A stretch of DNA of 63,134 nucleotides, the filler included, from Chloroflexota bacterium (lineage in GTDB: Bacteria > Chloroflexota > Chloroflexia > QHBQ01): the NCBI GenBank assembly GCA_043754535.1. It is 5 parts of 5 records of this genome, joined end to end, with 100 filler letters (N's around TTAATTAATTAA, not from the genome) between each part and the next. Parts side by side here need not be neighbours in the genome. Positions count along the whole stretch, not along the records: positions 45,683 to 54,561 come from JAYUUN010000112.1; positions 54,662 to 63,134 come from JAYUUN010000115.1; 3 more parts are not named here. The stretch is one strand, 5' to 3'. Positions 51,645 to 60,863 of this stretch are shown one piece after another. The position numbers were made by a program, and so were the translations under genes. Each line of letters begins with the position of its first letter. Within the stretch, counting starts at the first letter, position 1. The notes beneath the pieces are model-generated. The model was not told the DNA's origin. It saw only the letters and a program-made list of their open reading frames with translations, and did no database searches.

Positions 51645-52220
51645 ATGAACACCTTGCACCATGCCAACCTCAGTGGTTGGGATTTCCTGCGCCTGGCCGA
51701 GCAAGCCAGCGGCCAGCCCGCCAAGAAGAAGCAGGGCGGCAAGTACCAGCTACCTTGCCCCCTGCGCGACCACGCCAAGCCCGGCGGCTTCGTCGTCTTC
51801 CCCAACAGCGGCGTGGGCTACTGCGTCAAGTGCGGCCAGAAGGCTTCGCAGGTCTCCATGTTCGCGGGTTGGCTGCGCCAGAGCGAGACTAGCACCCGCG
51901 AGTGGCTGCGCCGCCAGCGCGACCCAGCCCATGCTCCCACCTCACCCCTGCGCCAACCGCTAGCCCAGCCTAGCAGCCCGCCAGCCGTCAGCCACTAGCC
52001 CGCAGCTAGCAGCCAGGCTACCCACCAGGTCTACACCCGCCTGCTGGAGTTGCTGCCGCTTAGTGCAGAACATAGCGCGTTCGAGGCTAAGCGCGGCCAG
52101 GCGGCGGACGAGATGCACGCCCTCGGCTATGCTACCATGCCCGACGGCTACCGCCGCTGCGACCAGCGCGCTACCGTCGCCGCCCTGCTGCTGGCCGAGT
52201 TCGGCGCAGCGGTGCTGCCG
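51645..52220 (+). pseudogene. Primase-like replication protein remnant (CHC2-type zinc finger)
   Basis: CPLRDH...YCVKC; in-frame TAG at 51996-51998; frame continues VYTRLLELLPLSAEH...RG...GY then breaks off. Confidence 0.55.
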
Positions 52221-52710
52221 TCCCCAAGCGTAGGGCGCGACTGCCGACAGCTTGCGGCGGCTAGCCACCTGCACAAGCTGACTGTCCGTCTCCTCAACCA
52301 AGAGCGGCTTGAGCGCGGTCAGGAAGGTGCCTACCGTTACTTCCATTGCCAGCTTGGTCTTGAGCGCGGCCACCGTCTGCACGTCGTCAAGGTCAACCTC
52401 GCCGCCGAACAAACGCCGCTTGACGAAATCCTGTATCTTCGGCGCAAGGTCGTTGAATAGGGGCAGCTTCTCCAAACCAATCTGCTCAAGCGTGATCTGG
52501 CTGTAGTAGGTTAGCACTTGTTCAGCACTCTGCTGCTGTGGCACGCTATACTCGCGGAACAGCACCTTCTCGCGGTTGATCATGTCGAAGCCTTCGTAGG
52601 TAAAGCTCTTGACCTTGTTCTCCGCAACCTCGGCGACCGACAGCGGAAAGGTGAGTGGTAGTAGGTCTACAGCCAGCCCGCGGATGATCGCTTGGGCTGC
52701 CTTGCTCCGC
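52221..52710 (-). pseudogene. Internal fragment resembling a type III restriction (Res) helicase-nuclease
   Basis: FTYEGFDMINREKVLFREY...LAPKIQDFVKRRLFGGEVDLDD recalls Res subunit middle regions; no helicase motifs remain. Confidence 0.5.
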
Positions 52711-53481
52711 CTTCCCCGATGAAGCGCACCTGACCCAGCAGGCCCGCCGCGAGTCCGAGCGGCTACACGACCGCTTGACTTGGCAGGCAGAGCAGCGGCG
52801 GCAGGGGATTACACCACCCTATCCATGCATAAAGCCACAATGCCCGGTTGACCTAGTAAACATCGCCTGCCAGCAAGCGGCTAGCGAACTCACCACCTTC
52901 CGCTACCCGCCCCCGCCCAGCCAAGCGATGATCAAGCAAGGGGACAAAGGGGCTTACCGCGGCTGGTAGACGAGCAACTGAACTGGCTGGCTCAGGTCTT
53001 CGTCCCCGCCTTCATTGCCCGCTATCTTGAACTGACTGACGGAGAGGAAAGGGAAAGGTTGAAGGCGGCCAATGACCTACCTATGCCGCCCCTCTACGCT
53101 ACGCGGCTCGGCAACAGCATGGGCTACGGTCCGGTCATCGTGCTGGCTGTAGGCATTGCTGCTACCGTGCCGCTAGCATGAAAGAGAAAGGAAAGGAGCA
53201 AGGCATCGCCTTCCCCAGCTTCAAGGGGAAGTTGAAAACCGAGGCAGCCATGAAGAAACTAGCTTCCAGCAGTCAACTCGGCCCCTGGGATGCAGCCCCC
53301 TGCCTACCCAGGCCTAACGCAGCTCCGAGCGACCAACCGATAGTTCTACTTAGCCCACCCGTAAAAAACGTGACGATCAGCTCTCCCCTCCCTACCATCC
53401 CCGCCTGTAGAGAGGGGTGTCAGTCAGTGGTCGGGCATAGTACCTTTTGCCCAGAGCGGTACAAAGGGGCAGCCACCTAGC

Positions 53482-53703
53482 GGTTACGAGCTGATCGCCA
53501 GCCTCTGTTTGCGGCACAGCATCCGCTGGGGGTTCGTGTTCCTACCGACACTCTCAAGTTGGCTAAACCTGATCGAGGCTTGATGGAAGGTGTTGAAGCG
53601 GCTGAGTATCGCAGGTAAGCGGTTCGAGGTATGGGCGGAAGTAGAAGCGGCTATCGCCGCCGGAACGCAGTATTGGAACAAGCACCGCAAGCCGTACAAG
53701 TGG
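53482..53703 (+). mobile_element. IS630-family transposase C-terminal fragment with internal stop
   Basis: FVFLPTLSSWLNLIEA*WKVLKR...YWNKHRKPYKW; TGA at 53581. Confidence 0.75.
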
Positions 53704-53759
53704 GAGTGCGGCGGCGACACCAGCGACATCTACGGCTGGTGGAGTGGATTGGTGGGCTG

Positions 53760-54038
53760 GTCGAGGTGCTGACCAGGACACGGGTGGGGCTACCTTTTGC
53801 GGAACTGGCTGCTGCCGCAAAGGGAGCAACAATGGCAGCGGACACTCAGTGGTTGGAACTGAGCCGCTACAGTTCGACGCACGCAGGCAAGCACAGCATC
53901 AGCGGGCTGGTGGGGCTGGTGACCTATCGCGGCGCACTCGGCCCCCTCTTGCCCTGGCTGACGTTCGGGCAATGGCTGCACATCGGCAAGGCAGCAGTGC
54001 AAGGCAACGGCAGCTACCGGATAGTCAGCGTGAGCTAG
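53760..54038 (+). pseudogene. cas6: Cas6 C-terminal half (5'-truncated)
   Basis: WLELSRYSS...SGLVGLVTYRG...GQWLHIGKAAVQGNG glycine-rich loop; directly next to the array. Confidence 0.85.
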
Positions 54039-54062
54039 CCAGCAACCGCCCACAGAAACGAC

Positions 54063-54093
54063 AAAAGCCACCCCCAACCTGAGGTGGCTTCTT
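54063..54093. terminator. Hairpin between cas6 and the array trailer, possibly bidirectional
   Basis: AAAAGCCACC...GGTGGCTTCTT. Confidence 0.6.
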
Positions 54094-54112
54094 GTTGTGC
54101 CTGCGAGCGGCT

Positions 54113-54463
54113 GGCTCATCCCCTCAAATGCGGGGCAGTGGATGCAATCTGCTAACGCGGGAGCACTATCCGACCAAATCCATCGACACTTGTTTCAATC
54201 CCCTCAAATGCGGGGCAGTGGATGCAATGGTATCCGGTAACGCCTGGCAACTGCAAGATTTCCCAGATGTTTCAATCCCCTCAAATGCGGGGCAGTGGAT
54301 GCAATGGGGGCCAGATGGCCACCCTTGTCCGCGGAAACGGTCCCTTGGTTTCAATCCCCTCAAATGCGGGGCAGTGGATGCAATATTCACCGATCAACAG
54401 TCCAACCTACAGACCTCCGCACACAGGTTTCAATCCCCTCAAATGCGGGGCAGTGGATGCAAT
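54113..54463 (-). CRISPR. CRISPR array, 5 repeats (37 bp) and 4 spacers (43, 40, 42, 42 bp)
   Basis: GTTTCAATCCCCTCAAATGCGGGGCAGTGGATGCAAT at 54192, 54269, 54348, 54427 and degenerate at 54113; on the minus strand the repeat ends ATTGAAAC and has a CCCC/GGGG hairpin. Confidence 0.97.
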
Positions 54464-54561
54464 ACCGTGCCAGCCCAGGTTAATGACCTCGCGCCGACCG
54501 AGATTGTCGAGGTGGACGAGTTGTTCAGCTTCGTCGCTAAAAAAAAGAACCAGTCTACATA
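54464..54561 (+). mobile_element. IS1-family transposase internal fragment with slippery A8G run
   Basis: IVEVDELFSFVAKKK motif over GCTAAAAAAAAG; an alternative frame reads KEPVYI; cut by the contig break. Confidence 0.65.
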
Positions 54562-54661
54562 NNNNNNNNNNNNNNNNNNNNNNNNNNNNNNNNNNNNNNN
54601 NNNNNTTAATTAATTAANNNNNNNNNNNNNNNNNNNNNNNNNNNNNNNNNNNNNNNNNNNN
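54562..54661. other. Artificial contig linker
   Basis: N run with TTAATTAATTAA. Confidence 0.98.
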
Positions 54662-54663
54662 TA

Positions 54664-54807
54664 CTTTACGCCAACGACGTGCCGAGCATCGAACTGTTCC
54701 TGCGCCCCGAAGTGGTGGCGGCACCGACTGGCCTGAAGAACTTCAAGCCGACCGGCAGCAGTGTCCCTGCAACCTGGAACATCCAGGAGTGGCGTTTGAC
54801 CAAGTAA
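54664..54807 (+). CDS. C-terminus of a peptide ABC transporter substrate-binding protein
   Basis: LYANDVPSIELFLRP...GLKNFKPTG...TWNIQEW then TAA; typical OppA-family ending. Confidence 0.7.
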   Translation, partial: LYANDVPSIELFLRPEVVAAPTGLKNFKPTGSSVPATWNIQEWRLTK

Positions 54808-55098
54808 GCAGCCCGCTCAGCGGCAGCAACCAGGCAGTCTAGTCAGCAGCCCCCGCCTTCTGTGGTAGGGGCTGCTGTTTTGCACCGCTTTGCTTCAATT
54901 CAGGCCATCTATTGGGTCAACCCGCTGGCAGGTACCCGCTTTAACCCTGAGCGGGCGCAACTTGCGCGCCTCACACCTGAAGTTGTATAATTGGGGCTAG
55001 ACTGATAGATGAGGGCGGCAAGCCCTCGGTTTTTATGCCTACTGCGTTCCAGTAGCCAGGGTGGGTTGAGCAACCCGCTAACGGAGGAGGAAGCTGAT

Positions 55099-56235
55099 TT
55101 GAAGATTCACGAGTACCAGGCCAAAGAAGTTCTGGCTCGCTACGGTATTCCCGTGCAGCAGGGTCAGGTCGCTAGCACTGTTGACGAAGCGGTACAGATT
55201 GCCACCAGTATCGGCAAGCCGGTCGTCGTCAAGGCCCAGGTTCACGTAGGCGGGCGCGGCAAGGCGGGCGGGGTGAAGTTGGCCCAGAACCCTGAAGAAG
55301 CCCGCCAGAAAGCCAGCGCGATCCTCGGCATGAGCATCAAGGGGATCACCGTCAAGAAGGTGCTGGTGGCTGCGGCTGCTGATATCGCCCATGAATACTA
55401 CCTGGGTGTCGTCCTCGACCGGGCCAGCAAGCGTGTGCTGCTGATCGGCTCGGCTGAAGGGGGCGTGGAGATTGAGGAGACGGCCAAGACTAACCCGGAG
55501 AAGATCATTCGCATCAGCATTGACCCCCTGATCGGCCTCGCCAGTTTCCAGATCAACCAGATGGCTTTTGGCATGGAGATACCAACCAACCTGCAACGTG
55601 ACTTTAGCAAAACCCTGCGCGGTCTCTACAATGCCTTCATCGAAACCGACGCTAGCCTGGCCGAGATCAACCCCCTGGTGATCGACAGCGAAGGCAAGCT
55701 TGCCGCCCTCGACGCGAAGATCGTCCTCGACGACAATGCCCTCTTTCGCCACCCTGACCTTGAGGCGATGCGCGATCTGAACGAGGAGGAGCCGTCTGAG
55801 GTACTAGCTCGCGAAGCTGGCCTCAGCTACGTCAAGCTCGATGGCAATATCGGTTGCATGGTTAATGGCGCAGGGCTGGCGATGGGGACGATGGACAGCG
55901 TGAAGCTCTATGGTGGCGAACCCGCCAACTTCCTTGATGTTGGCGGCGGCGCGAAGGCCGAGCGGGTCACCACTGCCCTCCGCATCATCCTCTCCGACCC
56001 CAGCGTGAAGGCGATCTTCTTCAACATCTTTGGTGGCATCACCCGTGCCGACGACGTGGCTCGCGGCATCATTGCGGGCGTGCAAGAGGTCAAGACTGAC
56101 GTGCCAATGGTCATCCGCCTCAATGGCACCAACCAGGAAGAAGGTCGCCGCATCCTGTCCGAGGCTGGTTACACCGCCTACAGTGACATGGACCTGGCGG
56201 CGAAGAAGGCAGTCGAACTGGCCGCCAGCCGCTAA
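55099..56235 (+). CDS. sucC: Succinyl-CoA synthetase beta subunit
   Basis: [39 protein letters not shown] after GGAGGAGG. Confidence 0.97.
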   Translation: MKIHEYQAKEVLARYGIPVQQGQVASTVDEAVQIATSIGKPVVVKAQVHVGGRGKAGGVKLAQNPEEARQKASAILGMSIKGITVKKVLVAAAADIAHEYYLGVVLDRASKRVLLIGSAEGGVEIEETAKTNPEKIIRISIDPLIGLASFQINQMAFGMEIPTNLQRDFSKTLRGLYNAFIETDASLAEINPLVIDSEGKLAALDAKIVLDDNALFRHPDLEAMRDLNEEEPSEVLAREAGLSYVKLDGNIGCMVNGAGLAMGTMDSVKLYGGEPANFLDVGGGAKAERVTTALRIILSDPSVKAIFFNIFGGITRADDVARGIIAGVQEVKTDVPMVIRLNGTNQEEGRRILSEAGYTAYSDMDLAAKKAVELAASR

Positions 56236-56290
56236 CCTGACCCCCACCCTACCCTCCCCCGCGAAGGGCGAGAGGACAGAGGAGAAGACT

Positions 56291-57166
56291 GTGAGTATTC
56301 TTGTAGACAAGAACACGCGCCTGCTGGTGCAGGGCTTCACCGGGCGTGAGGGTACCTTCCACGCTCAGCAGATGATTGACTACGGCACCGTAGTGGTTGG
56401 TGGCACAACCCCCGGTAAGGGCGGCACGCGCCACCTCGACCGCCCAGTGTACAACACGGTCAGGGAGGCAATGGCCGAGGCGATCCCGAATACATCGATC
56501 ATCTACGTCCCTGCTCCTTATGCTGCCGACGCGATTATCGAAGCCGCCGACGCAGGTATCCCGCTGATCATCTGCATCACCGAGGGCATCCCGGTGATGG
56601 ACATGATCAAGACCTGCGATTTTGTCAAGAGCAAGGGCGCACGGCTGATCGGGCCGAACTGCCCAGGGCTGATCACCCCAGGGCAGGCTAAGGTTGGCAT
56701 CATGCCCGCCTATATCCACAGCCCTGGCAAGGTAGGACTGGTCAGCAAGAGCGGCACCCTCACCTACGAGGTGGTCAACGCCCTGACCAACGCAGGCATG
56801 GGCCAGAGTACCGCTATCGGCATTGGCGGCGACCCGATCATTGGCACCAGCTTCGTTGACGTGCTAGAGATGTTCGAGAACGATCCGGAGACGGAGATGG
56901 TCGTACTGATCGGCGAGATTGGCGGCGACGCAGAACTGCGGGCTGCCGACTACATTGCGGCCAAGATGAAGAAGCCAGTAGCCGCCTATATTGCTGGCCG
57001 CACTGCCCCCGCCGACCGCCGCATGGGCCACGCAGGGGCGATCATCAGCAGCGGCGACGACACTGCTGCCGCCAAGATGGCTGCCCTTAGCAAGGCAGGC
57101 GCGAAGGTGGCCGAGGCACCGAGCGAGATACCGGGCCTCCTGCAAGCGACGATGGTACGCAGCTAA
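56291..57166 (+). CDS. sucD: Succinyl-CoA synthetase alpha subunit
   Basis: [21 protein letters not shown] phospho-His motif. Confidence 0.97.
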   Translation: MSILVDKNTRLLVQGFTGREGTFHAQQMIDYGTVVVGGTTPGKGGTRHLDRPVYNTVREAMAEAIPNTSIIYVPAPYAADAIIEAADAGIPLIICITEGIPVMDMIKTCDFVKSKGARLIGPNCPGLITPGQAKVGIMPAYIHSPGKVGLVSKSGTLTYEVVNALTNAGMGQSTAIGIGGDPIIGTSFVDVLEMFENDPETEMVVLIGEIGGDAELRAADYIAAKMKKPVAAYIAGRTAPADRRMGHAGAIISSGDDTAAAKMAALSKAGAKVAEAPSEIPGLLQATMVRS

Positions 57167-57342
57167 CGGCGGGTGGATGCGAGCCGGGGTGTTTGCCAGC
57201 CACCCCAGCAGCCAACCGCTAGCTGCCTAGTCACTTTCGGGAATCTGCTAGCCAACGGTAGAAGGTTTGGTATAATGAAGGCAAGCACACAACGACGCGT
57301 GCGGAAGCAACGACGGCTTCGTAGAAAGGGATCAGTAACACG

Positions 57343-59379
57343 ATGGTAGCGATAGCAGAACGGCCCACTGAGGAACAAACACTAGAAAGCCGCCATAGCA
57401 TCATCATTCGTTTCGGCGGCGAATCGGGCGAGGGGGTAAAGAGTACCGGCGAACTGTTGACCCAGGTGGCGGCTCGCGCCGGGTTCGAGGTGCTAACCTT
57501 CCAAACTTACCCCGCCGAAATCAAGGGCGGCCACAGCATCTACCAGGTACGCTTGAGCAGCGAGCAACTCTACACCGAGGGTGACCGCCTGGATGTCTTG
57601 CTGGCCTTCAACCAGGAAGGCTACGACAAGAGTTACGAGGAACTGAGCGCAGATGGTCTGCTCCTCTTTGACGAGGGTAATGTGACTGACTTCCATTACC
57701 CCCAGCAGGGCAAGCGGCACGTAGCCCTACCTCTTACCCGCCTGGCGAAGGAAGAACTCAAGTTCGAGCTAGGTAAGAACGTAGTTGGCGTGGGGATGTT
57801 GAGCGGGCTGTTCGGCTTCGATGTCGAACCGATCAACCGCCTGATCACCGAAAAGTTCACCCGCAAAGGTGAGGATGTGGTAGCCAAGAACAAGAAAGCG
57901 TTCGAGGTCGGCTACCGCTACATCGAGGAAATCTTCCCAGATCGGGTCAATTACCACATCCAGACCCCGACCACCCAGCGGGCTGACACGATCATTGTCG
58001 GCGGCAACCAGAACCTCAGTATGGGCGCACTGGCGGGCCGCTGCACCCACATCTTCGGCTACCCGATCACCCCGGCTAGCGACATTCTGGAGTTCCTGGC
58101 TGCCGAACTGCCGAAGGTGGGCGGCGTAGCGATCCAGGCCGAGGACGAGATTGCTTCGATGGGCATGGTGCTAGGCGCAAGCTATACTGGCAGGCGGGCA
58201 ATGACCTGCACCAGCGGCCCTGGCCTCAGCCTGATGGTCGAGATGCTGGGCCTCAGCGGGATGGCCGAACTGCCAGCCGTGATCGTCAACGTGCAACGGG
58301 CTGGCCCTTCAACCGGGATGCCGACCAAGCACGAGCAGGGCGATCTCAACATGGCAGTCTACGCCGGGCATGGCGAAGTGCCGCGCATAGTGCTTGCCCC
58401 AGTTAGCGTGGACGACTGCTTCTGGCGGGCGATTGATGCCTTCAACCTCGCTGAAGCCTACCAGGTGCCGGTCATCCTGCTCTCCGACACAGTGCTGGCA
58501 GTGCGAACCGAGAGCATCACCCGGCCCGACTTGAGCAAGATCAAGATTGTTCCCCGCCTGACCTTCGACCCCCAGGACAGCCTGAACGGCAAGAACGGTG
58601 AGACGCTCAACCCCAACCAGAATGCGAATACCGATGTGAGCGCAACCGGCAACGCCAGCGAGTCGGGCAGCATTGACAACTCTGCTACTGGTGGCACCCC
58701 CGGCGCAACCCCCGAAGTGATCGCCAACATCGCAGGTAGCGAATTGGGCCAGGCAGCCAATATGCAGAACGATGCGAAGAAGGTCAACGACGGCGAAGGC
58801 GACGAGGTTGACCTTGAGATCGCTGCCCGCCGTGGCTACGAACTCTACCAGCGTTATGCAATCACCGAGAACGGGGTCAGCCCCATGAGCATCCCAGGGC
58901 AGGCGGGCGGCCAATACACCTCAACTGGCCTCGAACACAACGAGTTCAGCCGCCCTCGCTACGACGTGGCCTCGCACACCAAGATGACCGACAAGCGCGC
59001 CCGCAAGTTGGCGGCGGCAGTCAAGGAAGCACCCGCTCCCTATCGCGTCGGTGACCCAACCGCCGAGATTGGTGTCCTCACCTGGGGCAGCACCGCAGGC
59101 GTGGCCCATGAAGCGATGGACATGGCGGCCAAGCTGGGTATCAAGGTGGACGTGATCGCCCCCCGCATGATCTGGCCGATCCCCACTGCCCAACTGGACG
59201 ACTTCATCGCTAGCAAGCGGGTGGTGATCATCCCTGAATGCAACTACGCTGGGCAGTTCGCCAACCTGCTCAATACCCACTATCGCCGCGACTTCGTGCG
59301 GATCAACGTCTACGGTGGCGCACCGATCCGCTCCTCCGAAATCTTGGCCGAAATCCAGAAGGCCAACAACCAGCACTGA
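57343..59379 (+). CDS. korA: 2-oxoacid:ferredoxin oxidoreductase alpha subunit (gamma-alpha fusion)
   Basis: GGESGEG, YPITPAS, QAEDEIA, TSGPG, QRAGPSTGMPT. Confidence 0.9.
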   Translation: MVAIAERPTEEQTLESRHSIIIRFGGESGEGVKSTGELLTQVAARAGFEVLTFQTYPAEIKGGHSIYQVRLSSEQLYTEGDRLDVLLAFNQEGYDKSYEELSADGLLLFDEGNVTDFHYPQQGKRHVALPLTRLAKEELKFELGKNVVGVGMLSGLFGFDVEPINRLITEKFTRKGEDVVAKNKKAFEVGYRYIEEIFPDRVNYHIQTPTTQRADTIIVGGNQNLSMGALAGRCTHIFGYPITPASDILEFLAAELPKVGGVAIQAEDEIASMGMVLGASYTGRRAMTCTSGPGLSLMVEMLGLSGMAELPAVIVNVQRAGPSTGMPTKHEQGDLNMAVYAGHGEVPRIVLAPVSVDDCFWRAIDAFNLAEAYQVPVILLSDTVLAVRTESITRPDLSKIKIVPRLTFDPQDSLNGKNGETLNPNQNANTDVSATGNASESGSIDNSATGGTPGATPEVIANIAGSELGQAANMQNDAKKVNDGEGDEVDLEIAARRGYELYQRYAITENGVSPMSIPGQAGGQYTSTGLEHNEFSRPRYDVASHTKMTDKRARKLAAAVKEAPAPYRVGDPTAEIGVLTWGSTAGVAHEAMDMAAKLGIKVDVIAPRMIWPIPTAQLDDFIASKRVVIIPECNYAGQFANLLNTHYRRDFVRINVYGGAPIRSSEILAEIQKANNQH

Positions 59380-59455
59380 ACCGCTGCGCCCCGACAGGGT
59401 GGCAAGCAGCAAACAGGCGGCAACGTCAGCCGCTAGAAGATCAGAAAGGTCTGAT

Positions 59456-60331
59456 ATGGAGACTATCCAGCAGGTAAAGATCGTGGAGCGCACGACCGAG
59501 GATTACAAGAGCGACACCAAGCCAACCTGGTGTCCCGGTTGCGGCGACTTCGGCGTACTCAACGCCGTTTACTCCTCGCTCCAGATGAAGGGCAAGGACC
59601 CGAAGGACATAGTGGCGGTCAGCGGCATTGGCTGCTCCTCGCGCCTGCCCTTCTTCATGAGCAGCTACGGCTTCCACAGCGTACACGGGCGGGCCATGCC
59701 AGTCAGCACCGGCATCAAGGTGGGCAACCCCAACCTCGAACTGGTCGCTTTCGGCGGTGACGGTGACGGCTTCGCTATCGGTGCGGGCCACTTCGTCCAC
59801 GCCGCCCGCCGCAACCTGAACATCTGCTACGTGATCATGGACAACAACATCTACGGCCTGACCAAAGGCCAGGCTTCACCCACCTCAGATGTGGGTTTTG
59901 TGACCAAGACAACGCCGCGAGGGTCGCAGGATGTGCCACTCAACCCCTTGATGCTCGCCCTCTCGATGGGTGCGACCTACGTTGCGCGCGCCTTCAGCGG
60001 CAAGCCGAAGGAACTGGCCGACATGATCCTCAAGGGCATGGAACACCCCGGCTTCGCGGTGATCGACGTGTTCAGCCCCTGCCCCACCTTCAACAAGGTC
60101 AACACCTTCAAGTATTACCGTGATGAGGCGATTGACCTACCCAGCGACCACGACAACAGCAACTACTTCCAGGCTTTGGAGCGGGCGGCCAACCACGACC
60201 CCTACTACCTGGGCGTAATCTATGAGAACAAGGACAAGCCGAGCTTCGAGGATCACGTCTTCGCCAAAGTCGCCACCGAGTTGCAGACCCCAGAGCAGGT
60301 GTTGACTGACCTGTTCAAGAAGTTCAGCTAA
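59456..60331 (+). CDS. korB: 2-oxoacid:ferredoxin oxidoreductase beta subunit
   Basis: WCPGCGD, SGIGCS, GGDGD TPP motif, YGLTKGQ. Confidence 0.92.
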   Translation: METIQQVKIVERTTEDYKSDTKPTWCPGCGDFGVLNAVYSSLQMKGKDPKDIVAVSGIGCSSRLPFFMSSYGFHSVHGRAMPVSTGIKVGNPNLELVAFGGDGDGFAIGAGHFVHAARRNLNICYVIMDNNIYGLTKGQASPTSDVGFVTKTTPRGSQDVPLNPLMLALSMGATYVARAFSGKPKELADMILKGMEHPGFAVIDVFSPCPTFNKVNTFKYYRDEAIDLPSDHDNSNYFQALERAANHDPYYLGVIYENKDKPSFEDHVFAKVATELQTPEQVLTDLFKKFS

Positions 60332-60351
60332 CTCACCCCGCCCTGCTCCAG

Positions 60352-60400
60352 CAGCCAGCACTCACCCCCTCCTACTTCAGGAGGGGGTGAGTGCTGGCTG
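60352..60400. repeat. Perfect 22-bp inverted repeat after korB (terminator or REP-like)
   Basis: CAGCCAGCACTCACCCCCTCCT-ACTTC-AGGAGGGGGTGAGTGCTGGCTG. Confidence 0.85.
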
Positions 60401-60428
60401 TGCTATAATAAAGGTGAGGAGTGCAGCT

Positions 60429-60847
60429 ATGGCGCAGACAACCAAGCGACGCGTGCTGATCGACATGCCCTACGCAAGCAGCAGCCCGGTAGTGGCAGCA
60501 GCAAGAGGTTCCTGATGACCAGAACCGCGCAGGTCAAATGGCCCGACTTCGAGCCAATACTCAAGCCGCTCCACTGGGCGGTGGTGGGGGCGGCTGCTAC
60601 CAGAATGTATATGCCTGAGCGAGCAACCCGCGACTTCGACATTGCCGTAGCTGTAGCTGATGGTCAGCAGGTTCGTGACCGCCTGGTGGCGGCGGGCTAC
60701 CAGCTTGACGGTGACCTGCAACTGATCAGGGGATCGCGTTGGGTTGACCTGACTGGCCTTGCCATAGACGTGATCGAGGGTGTTGGGCGGTGCCGACGCT
60801 TTTGCGCATACGGCGTTGCACAAGTACATTTCGACAGACCAATGTAA
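60429..60847 (+). pseudogene. Nucleotidyltransferase-like gene, frameshifted and 3'-truncated
   Basis: WAVVGAAAT...ERATRDFD motif; 1-nt frameshift near 60468; similarity to the paralog stops after DVIEG. Confidence 0.65.
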
Positions 60848-60863
60848 ACCGTTAGGAGGGTTT

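Noticed and set aside
52711..53481. Short ORFs 52775-52969 and 53178-53480
   Set aside because: No recognisable motifs; probably degraded sequence.
54149..54426. Self-targeting spacers
   Set aside because: No match within the window was found by eye; a proper alignment is needed to exclude it.
54092..54617. ORFs spanning the CRISPR array
   Set aside because: Translations of repeats and spacers, not genes.
27458..54661. Recurring TTAATTAATTAA palindrome, and ORFs ending in X...LIN
   Set aside because: Artificial contig linkers; gene context across them (for example CRISPR next to sucCD) is meaningless.
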